Of a stretch of 64,000 nt of DNA, positions 58,296-64,000 are shown one piece after another; position 1 is the stretch's first letter, and every line of letters begins with the position of its first letter. The notes under the pieces were generated by a model, which was given only the letters and a program-made list of their open reading frames with translations, made no database searches and was not told where the DNA came from. A program made the position numbers and the translations under genes. Origin of the DNA: an uncultured Candidatus Saccharibacteria bacterium (GTDB taxonomy: Bacteria; Patescibacteriota; Minisyncoccia; Phycocordibacterales; UBA5272); NCBI GenBank assembly GCA_964457775.1, contig CAYWEW010000004.1, forward strand, positions 24,705-88,704, written 5' to 3'.

Positions 58296-59018
58296 CTAAA
58301 TTCTTTTATATAGAAGTTTAAATATTTCTTTCTGAAACTGTGCGAGATTTTTATTTTCAATAATTACACCTTGTAACTGACCAATATCAATGAAAGCAAC
58401 TTTATTACCATAAATTAATTGTATGCAATCTTGATTAAAAATAGATTCATTCTTTGGAATAACTTTTGTGGCACGCTCCAATCGTTTCTGTTTTATTTCA
58501 GCAGAAGACCAATTAGAAATAACAAAGCGCTCCAACTGTTTCTTGTCACGTATAGCTCTATAATCTTTTGGTAAAAACTTATTAACGTACTCAGTATCTG
58601 TTTCTGATGTATACCTATAGAAAATTCCTCCTTTCTTTAGAGATTCAACAAGGTCAGAAAAGATAGAAGTGACTCCGGACTTTCCTTGCACTGTTTTGAT
58701 AACTGTTTCTAAGTGAGGAGAGCTATACTCTTCGCTAAGAATATCAATACTTGCGTGTGTTTCTTCGTAAATTTTTTGTGCACGTTTTTTTAGAGCATCC
58801 GGTGATAGGGGGATATACACTTTTTTCGAACCAGATGAGCCTCGTGTGACTAATCCTTTCTCTAGAAGAGAGTCTATTGTTCTATAGGCATAAGGTCTGT
58901 GCAACTTAGTTCTGCTTACTATATCACTAATACTAAGAGGTCCACACTTAATAAGAAGTATATATACGTCTGACTCTTTATCATTAAGTCCCAAAAAAGT
59001 TAGAAAATTGTAATTCAT
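58296..59018 (-). CDS. TrmB-family transcriptional regulator
   Basis: LGLNDKESDVYILLIKCGPLSISDIVSRTKLHRPYAYRTIDSLLEKGLV. Confidence 0.6.
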   Translation of the reverse strand: MNYNFLTFLGLNDKESDVYILLIKCGPLSISDIVSRTKLHRPYAYRTIDSLLEKGLVTRGSSGSKKVYIPLSPDALKKRAQKIYEETHASIDILSEEYSSPHLETVIKTVQGKSGVTSIFSDLVESLKKGGIFYRYTSETDTEYVNKFLPKDYRAIRDKKQLERFVISNWSSAEIKQKRLERATKVIPKNESIFNQDCIQLIYGNKVAFIDIGQLQGVIIENKNLAQFQKEIFKLLYKRI

Positions 59019-59189
59019 GTACTAATAATAGTACATTGTTACATTTATGTAAAGTACTTATAAAATAATACTTAAATAACATTCATGAATATACATATTA
59101 CAAAAAATACACAAAATAATACATGAATAATTATTATTTGATAAAGTTACCCCGGAAGAAGTTCATTGAAACAAACAAAGGAGAAAATC

Positions 59190-59405
59190 ATGAAGGTTAT
59201 TAAGGCAAAATCTTGGATGATATACGAATGCGGTGGATGTAAGTCTAAGTTAGAGGCTGATATAGGTGATGTGTGGTGCTCAGCAGGAACAGATATAAGC
59301 GGTACATATGACGAAGATTATTATATAACCTGTCCTGTATGTGGAACAAATAGACATCTTTCATATAAAGAAGTCCCACCAAAAGCAAAGAAAGACCACT
59401 ACTAA
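59190..59405 (+). CDS. small zinc-ribbon-like protein (CxxC...CPVC)
   Basis: AAGGAG RBS and ATG at 59190. Paralogous to the next gene. Confidence 0.4.
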   Translation: MKVIKAKSWMIYECGGCKSKLEADIGDVWCSAGTDISGTYDEDYYITCPVCGTNRHLSYKEVPPKAKKDHY

Positions 59406-59415
59406 GGGAATCAAC

Positions 59416-59664
59416 ATGAAACTAATCGAAGAAGGTAATTGGAAAATTCCTTGGTCAATGGAAGTGGTCTGCGTAGAAAAAGGATGTGGTGCAAAAGTTC
59501 TGATTGAAGAAAAGGATGTAAAGCCTGTCGATTATGATGCATATAATTATTATGCAGACTGCATGATTTGTGAGAGGAAAATACTTATTTCAGAAAAGGA
59601 TGTGCCGCAAAGAATGAAAAATGTGCTTGATAAAAAAAGGAAACATCGAGACTCTGACTGGTGA
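59416..59664 (+). CDS. small zinc-ribbon-like protein, paralogue
   Basis: AAGGGAA RBS and ATG at 59416. C..GC...C.IC spacing parallels the previous gene. Confidence 0.4.
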   Translation: MKLIEEGNWKIPWSMEVVCVEKGCGAKVLIEEKDVKPVDYDAYNYYADCMICERKILISEKDVPQRMKNVLDKKRKHRDSDW

Positions 59665-59710
59665 TAATCTTACTAACCAACTTCATCTTTTCAACAACAA
59701 GGAGATAATC

Positions 59711-60688
59711 ATGAAACAAGACAACTTCATCCCTGAAATATCTAAGGTTGAATTATATAGGCGTGCAAAATATATTAAACCAATAGTCTCATTTAATGGA
59801 GTTCAACACTACATTAAAGATGTAGACTTAGAAAATGTTTCGTATATTTGGGATGCTAAAAAAGAAAAAGAAGTTACAGGATTGATTTTATTGGGTCAAA
59901 GAATTACATATCACACATTCGGTTATTATCTTCTTTTTAAGCCATCAATTGCTGAAGTGCTTGCGCAAATACCTGAAGAGTATTTGGAAGAAGTGGTGGC
60001 GTTTGAAATTGTAGCGAAACCTCAAGATGCAGATGACTTAAATAGGTACACAGATATTACAAACGCTGGTTATCATATGGCGATTACACATTTCTACAAA
60101 AGAAAGGAAAAGGTCATGAAAGTCATCAAAAAAGGCCCCGTGAATTCGGCCTTGAAAAAAATGAAGGTGCTAAAAGATAAGCCTGAGAAACTCTCAATTG
60201 GTGATGTCGCTGATTTTCCAAAAAAAGGAATTATGTTCAAAGATATATCTCCTTTACTTGCTAATCCAGAGGAGTTCAGTGGTCTGATTAAGCACCTTGC
60301 AAAAAGTTGGAAAGGTAAAGTTGATAAGATTGGTGGATTCGATGCTCGGGGATTCATCTTTGCCTCTACTCTTGCTTATGAAATGAAACTTCCGTTCTTC
60401 ATGCTTCGGAAAAAAGGGAAGCTTCCCGGTGAGACCATCTCGGTTAAATATGGTCTTGAATACGGTGAAGCATCACTTGAAGTAGGGAAGAGTGCAGTGA
60501 GTGCTGGCGATAAGGTTCTTCTTGTGGATGATGTTCTTGCAACCGGAGGAACGGCAGAGGCAGGGTGCAAACTCGTTGAGGAATTGGGAGGTGTTGTTAT
60601 TGGTGTCCAATTTGTTCTCGAGCTTGAATCTCTTTCTGGTCGGAATCTTCTTAGTGGTTATGATGTGCATTCAGTTGTTATCTCGTGA
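59711..60688 (+). CDS. apt: adenine phosphoribosyltransferase fused to an N-terminal domain of about 150 aa of unknown function
   Basis: C-terminal FPKKGIMFKDISPLL, FDARGFIF, VLLVDDVLATGGT (PRPP motif). AGGAGA RBS and ATG at 59711. A possible internal start near 60115 would make two genes. Confidence 0.55.
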   Translation: MKQDNFIPEISKVELYRRAKYIKPIVSFNGVQHYIKDVDLENVSYIWDAKKEKEVTGLILLGQRITYHTFGYYLLFKPSIAEVLAQIPEEYLEEVVAFEIVAKPQDADDLNRYTDITNAGYHMAITHFYKRKEKVMKVIKKGPVNSALKKMKVLKDKPEKLSIGDVADFPKKGIMFKDISPLLANPEEFSGLIKHLAKSWKGKVDKIGGFDARGFIFASTLAYEMKLPFFMLRKKGKLPGETISVKYGLEYGEASLEVGKSAVSAGDKVLLVDDVLATGGTAEAGCKLVEELGGVVIGVQFVLELESLSGRNLLSGYDVHSVVIS

Positions 60689-60695
60689 GACTATC

Positions 60696-61091
60696 ATGAG
60701 ATACAGTGTGGATGCCATTATGAGATATAAAGATGGGTTCGTTATCATTGAGCGACTATCTTTTCCTTTTGGCCTTGCTCTTCCTGGTGGTGGTATTGAA
60801 GAAGGGGAAGACAAGACCACTGCGGTTATAAGAGAAGTCGAGGAAGAAACAGGTCTTCTGTTTAAAATAAAATCCTGGCTTCCAAAAACTTATAACGAGG
60901 ATAACCGTGATCCGAGGTGGCCAGCAACTTCATTTGTTGCAGAAGGTATGGCAACTGGAGATATTCGCAACGAACCAGGAAAAACAAAAGTGATTCTCCT
61001 TTCTAAAGATGAGATAATAATTAACGCTGATAAATTTGCGTTTGATCATTATCAAATCTTTTGTGATTATTTGTTGCTTATACAAAAGTAA
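60696..61091 (+). CDS. NUDIX hydrolase
   Basis: GGGIEEGEDKTTAVIREVEEETGL Nudix box. Confidence 0.7.
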   Translation: MRYSVDAIMRYKDGFVIIERLSFPFGLALPGGGIEEGEDKTTAVIREVEEETGLLFKIKSWLPKTYNEDNRDPRWPATSFVAEGMATGDIRNEPGKTKVILLSKDEIIINADKFAFDHYQIFCDYLLLIQK

Positions 61092-61092
61092 C

Positions 61093-61123
61093 AAATGGGC
61101 GACACCTTCGGTGTCGCCCATTT
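61093..61123 (+). terminator. Rho-independent terminator (works on either strand)
   Basis: AAATGGGCGACACC-ttc-GGTGTCGCCCATTT. Confidence 0.65.
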
Positions 61124-61135
61124 TTATTACCCAAA

Positions 61136-61393
61136 CTACTTTACGAACTTAACTGTTAAATAAGTGCCAATGAATGATCCAATGACAAGTGGAATTAAGT
61201 ATAAATAATTTTTTGTATAAGAAATAACTGTGAAAGCGGTGAGTATATGAATAAGTGAACCATATGAAGCAGCAAGAAACGGGGCCTTAGCTGTAACTTT
61301 AATCATATAAAGAGCCCATAAAGCGTCAGTGACCAAAGTCGCTACTAATACTAAAAAGAAAATGGCAGGAGACATATTAAAATAATTATACAC
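61136..61393 (-). CDS. small membrane protein (85 aa)
   Basis: Two TM segments. Confidence 0.3.
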   Translation of the reverse strand: MYNYFNMSPAIFFLVLVATLVTDALWALYMIKVTAKAPFLAASYGSLIHILTAFTVISYTKNYLYLIPLVIGSFIGTYLTVKFVK

Positions 61394-61464
61394 TACAAAA
61401 CCAGTCTATTTACACAAAGTAAAAATAAAGTAGAGTAAAAATAGACTGTTCAAAGGAGAGCAAG

Positions 61465-61587
61465 ATGAAATTAGACGATGAAGCAATAGCAAGAATGAAA
61501 TTATCCAATCTTTTTCTTAAAATCGCAATACCTCTTGCAATTGTGTTGTTGTGGATAGTTATGCCGATATTTCTCTTATCCAAGTAA
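61465..61587 (+). CDS. small hydrophobic peptide (40 aa), not in the ORF track
   Basis: AAAGGAGAG RBS 5 nt before ATG. MKLDDEAIARMKLSNLFLKIAIPLAIVLLWIVMPIFLLSK. Followed by terminator AAAAGCTACCC...GGGTAGCTTTT. Confidence 0.3.
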   Translation: MKLDDEAIARMKLSNLFLKIAIPLAIVLLWIVMPIFLLSK

Positions 61588-61749
61588 ACAAAAGCTACCC
61601 TATACAATGGGTAGCTTTTCTATTTAGTGCGATTATTTTATTCTCCACACTTTCGCATATTCATTATAGATGACCATAAGATAAATGTAGTGGACCTACG
61701 TTGACCAAATAAAATTTTGTAGCGATAAAGCTTATAGAATAATTTTAAA

Positions 61750-63264
61750 CTAACGGGCAAATTCTATCATGCGACTTTCGCGAATGACGTGAATCTTTAT
61801 CTCCCCTGGGAATCTCAACTCTTGTTCAACTCGAAGCGCAATATCACGTGCAAGTGTTCGTGCTTCCAAATCATTCACAAGAAGAGGGGAAACGAATATT
61901 CTTATTTCTCGTCCTGCTTGTAGCGCATACACACGCTCAATGCCCGTAAATGACATTGCTAGGGCCTCTAAGTCCTCAAGACGCTTAATATATCTATCCA
62001 CTGTGTCTCTTCGTGCTCCAGGGCGTCCTCCACTTATAGCGTCTGCAACCTGAACAATAACACTCTCAGGTGTTTCATATGGATATTCTTCATGATGAGC
62101 TTGCATTGCGAGTATGACTCTCTCATCGACTCCATACTTCATTAATATCTTGCGACCAATCTCAACATGAGTACCTTGTATTTCATGATCAACAGCTTTT
62201 CCAATGTCATGAAGAAGTGCTCCTGCCTTTGCAACGTGTACATCTACACCTAGTTCTGTTGCGAGCACTCCTGCAATGTGAGCCATCTCTATTGAATGAT
62301 CCAAAACATTTTGCCCGTAACTTGTTCTAAAATAAAGTCGTCCTATAATCGGTATCAATTCTTCAGGAATAGAAAGTAATCCGCAAGCAAGCACTGCTTC
62401 TTCTCCTTTCTTTCGCATAAACACTCCAATTTCTTTTTTTGCTTTTTCAAGACACTCTTCAATCTTCACTGGTTGTATACGACCGTCCTTGATTAACATC
62501 TCGAGCGCATTCACTGCAATTGCGCGACGAACCGGATCAAAACATGAAATAACTATTCCATTAGGTACTTCATCAACCAAAACTTCTACCCCCGCAAGTC
62601 TTTCAAAGGTTTTGATATTGCGCCCCTCTTTGCCAATTACTTTTCCTTTTATCTCATCATTCTCTATTTCAACTGTTGCTGTCATGAATTGTGCAATTTG
62701 ACCATTGGCAATACGATATATACTACTGACCAAAATATCTCGAGCTTTTTCTTCTAACTTTATTTCTCCATCACGTGCGAGTTTGAGTGTGCGTAATTGC
62801 AAATCATCATGAGCTTCTCTTTCTATTTTGTTAAGCAACAATTCTTTTGCTTCATCGGTTGATAATCTTGCAACATTCTCTAATTCTTTTGATATTTCTT
62901 TTTCTTTATTTTCAATTTTCTCTTTAAGATTTTGAAGTTCCTTTCCTTTTTCTTTAATTGAAATTACTTCTTGAGACATTTCGTTATCGCGACGAATCAA
63001 ATCTTGTTCGCGTTTGTCTAACCTTTCTTCTTGTTTAAGAATACGCTCTTCCGCTCTTTTCATTTCATCACGAATAGCACTTGCTTTTGTAAGTGCTTCA
63101 TCTTCGATTGTGCGTGCTTCACGTTTTGCTTTCAACAGCTTCTCTTCTATATCGGCTTCTATTGAGCCACGACGAGAAATAGCAACATAATGGCGTATAA
63201 CATACCCAACTAAACCACCAACTATCATTACGATGGCTCCTTCTATTAGAAGTATTGTGTTCAT
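61750..63264 (-). CDS. rny: ribonuclease Y
   Basis: N-terminal TM, KH domain GKVIGKEGRNIKTFE, HD domain HSIEMAHIAG...LLHDIGK. Confidence 0.85.
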   Translation of the reverse strand: MNTILLIEGAIVMIVGGLVGYVIRHYVAISRRGSIEADIEEKLLKAKREARTIEDEALTKASAIRDEMKRAEERILKQEERLDKREQDLIRRDNEMSQEVISIKEKGKELQNLKEKIENKEKEISKELENVARLSTDEAKELLLNKIEREAHDDLQLRTLKLARDGEIKLEEKARDILVSSIYRIANGQIAQFMTATVEIENDEIKGKVIGKEGRNIKTFERLAGVEVLVDEVPNGIVISCFDPVRRAIAVNALEMLIKDGRIQPVKIEECLEKAKKEIGVFMRKKGEEAVLACGLLSIPEELIPIIGRLYFRTSYGQNVLDHSIEMAHIAGVLATELGVDVHVAKAGALLHDIGKAVDHEIQGTHVEIGRKILMKYGVDERVILAMQAHHEEYPYETPESVIVQVADAISGGRPGARRDTVDRYIKRLEDLEALAMSFTGIERVYALQAGREIRIFVSPLLVNDLEARTLARDIALRVEQELRFPGEIKIHVIRESRMIEFAR

Positions 63265-63276
63265 TTTATTTTAAAT

Positions 63277-63864
63277 CTACTTTGAAACTTTTGGCTTAAG
63301 TATTTGATCTACGATTCCATACTTCTTAGCCTCATCAGCACTCATCCAATAATCACGGTCACCATCTTTTTCAAGTTGTGCTTTTGTTTTACCGGTTGCA
63401 AGCGCAAGCATGGTATACAACTTATCTTTAAGAAGAAGAATATGCTTTGATGTTATTTCAATATCAGAAGCCTGACCTTCAACACCAGTAAGTGGTTGAT
63501 GAATCATCACTTCAGAATTTGGAAGTGAGTAACGCTTTCCTTTTGCTCCTTGTGAAAGAATAATCGCACCCATGGACGCTGCCATACCTACACAGACAGT
63601 AGCAACTGCAGGTTTAATATGATTCATCGCATCAACGATAGCAAGACCTGATTGAATTTGACCACCAGGGGAGTTGATATATAGTGTGATGTCTTTTTTT
63701 GGATCTTCACTTTCAAGAAAAAGAAGCTGAGCAATGACAATGTTGGCTACATTATCATCAATTGGACCTGCTAAGAAAATAATACGTTCGCGAAGTAGTC
63801 GTGAGTAAATATCATATGCACGCTCACCAAATTGGCTTTTTTCAATAACTGTTGGGATTAACAT
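63277..63864 (-). CDS. clpP: ATP-dependent Clp protease proteolytic subunit
   Basis: [26 protein letters not shown] (Ser), IHQPL (His). Confidence 0.9.
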   Translation of the reverse strand: MLIPTVIEKSQFGERAYDIYSRLLRERIIFLAGPIDDNVANIVIAQLLFLESEDPKKDITLYINSPGGQIQSGLAIVDAMNHIKPAVATVCVGMAASMGAIILSQGAKGKRYSLPNSEVMIHQPLTGVEGQASDIEITSKHILLLKDKLYTMLALATGKTKAQLEKDGDRDYWMSADEAKKYGIVDQILKPKVSK

Positions 63865-64000
63865 AATAAGTAGTTACTAGTTGGTAGTTTTAAGTTGATG
63901 GTTTCGTACAAACAATACAACTAATTTCTAACAACGATAAATAATAAATAATTTAGAACAAAAACAAATTTCAATAACACAAATGCGGTTCAAAAACTTT

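Noticed and set aside
61410-61607. 65-aa minus-strand ORF
   Set aside because: No RBS. The + strand instead carries a 40-codon ORF with a strong AAAGGAGAG RBS and terminator (61465-61587).
1-64000. Search for rRNA genes, CRISPR arrays, transposases and integrases
   Set aside because: None recognisable in any frame. Mobile-element signatures are limited to direct repeats and composition anomalies.

Overview
This 64-kb window has about 33% GC and is gene-dense with short intergenic regions. It has the look of a small, streamlined genome, possibly a CPR/Patescibacteria-type lineage. That inference rests on three TrmB-family regulators, an archaemetzincin, a secreted lamin-tail-domain protein and a split ComEC, not on any database hit. 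No rRNA genes and no CRISPR arrays were found.

Contents from left to right:
- 1-16.5 kb: a polysaccharide/nucleotide-sugar island. It contains an unusual minus-strand operon (KdsC-like phosphatase, AroE-like dehydrogenase, a nucleotidyltransferase-kinase fusion, a GatZ/KbaZ-like TIM barrel, a cupin, a second nucleotidyltransferase), a Wzx flippase, a GT2 transferase, two SDR epimerase/dehydratases, rfbB-rfbA and gmd-fcl-manC.
- 16.5-20 kb: a secreted LTD/PKD protein and a DUF87/VirD4-like ATPase.
- 20-21.3 kb: a roughly 50% GC island carrying an SPFH protein.
- 21-27 kb: a GHL-type putative glycosidase, rsmI, murB and a tRNA-Ile locus.
- 27-31 kb: rpsG, then a 3.2-kb three-gene insertion flanked by 25-nt direct repeats, then rpsL.
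- 31-47 kb: an M50 protease, rpmB, a CoaB-like/class-II-aldolase fusion, a TrmB regulator, a three-cassette small-gene array with repeated promoter-like and terminator modules (one HTH-XRE protein), split comEC with dedA between the halves, rnhA, an S41 peptidase, dinB, a DUF2075 nuclease-helicase and a dinJ-yafQ toxin-antitoxin pair.
- 47-64 kb: recJ, cca, a tRNA cluster (Arg, Gly-GCC, Pro, Gly-TCC), yraN, an archaemetzincin, bcp, hup, two further TrmB regulators, an orphan Mu-Gam-like gene of foreign GC, a zinc-ribbon pair plus apt-fusion plus Nudix, rny and clpP.

The most unusual signal is a family of structured elements of about 100-230 nt that trail every tRNA gene in the window. Stems differ in sequence but are preserved by compensatory changes, and each element copies the acceptor/T-arm end of its own tRNA.
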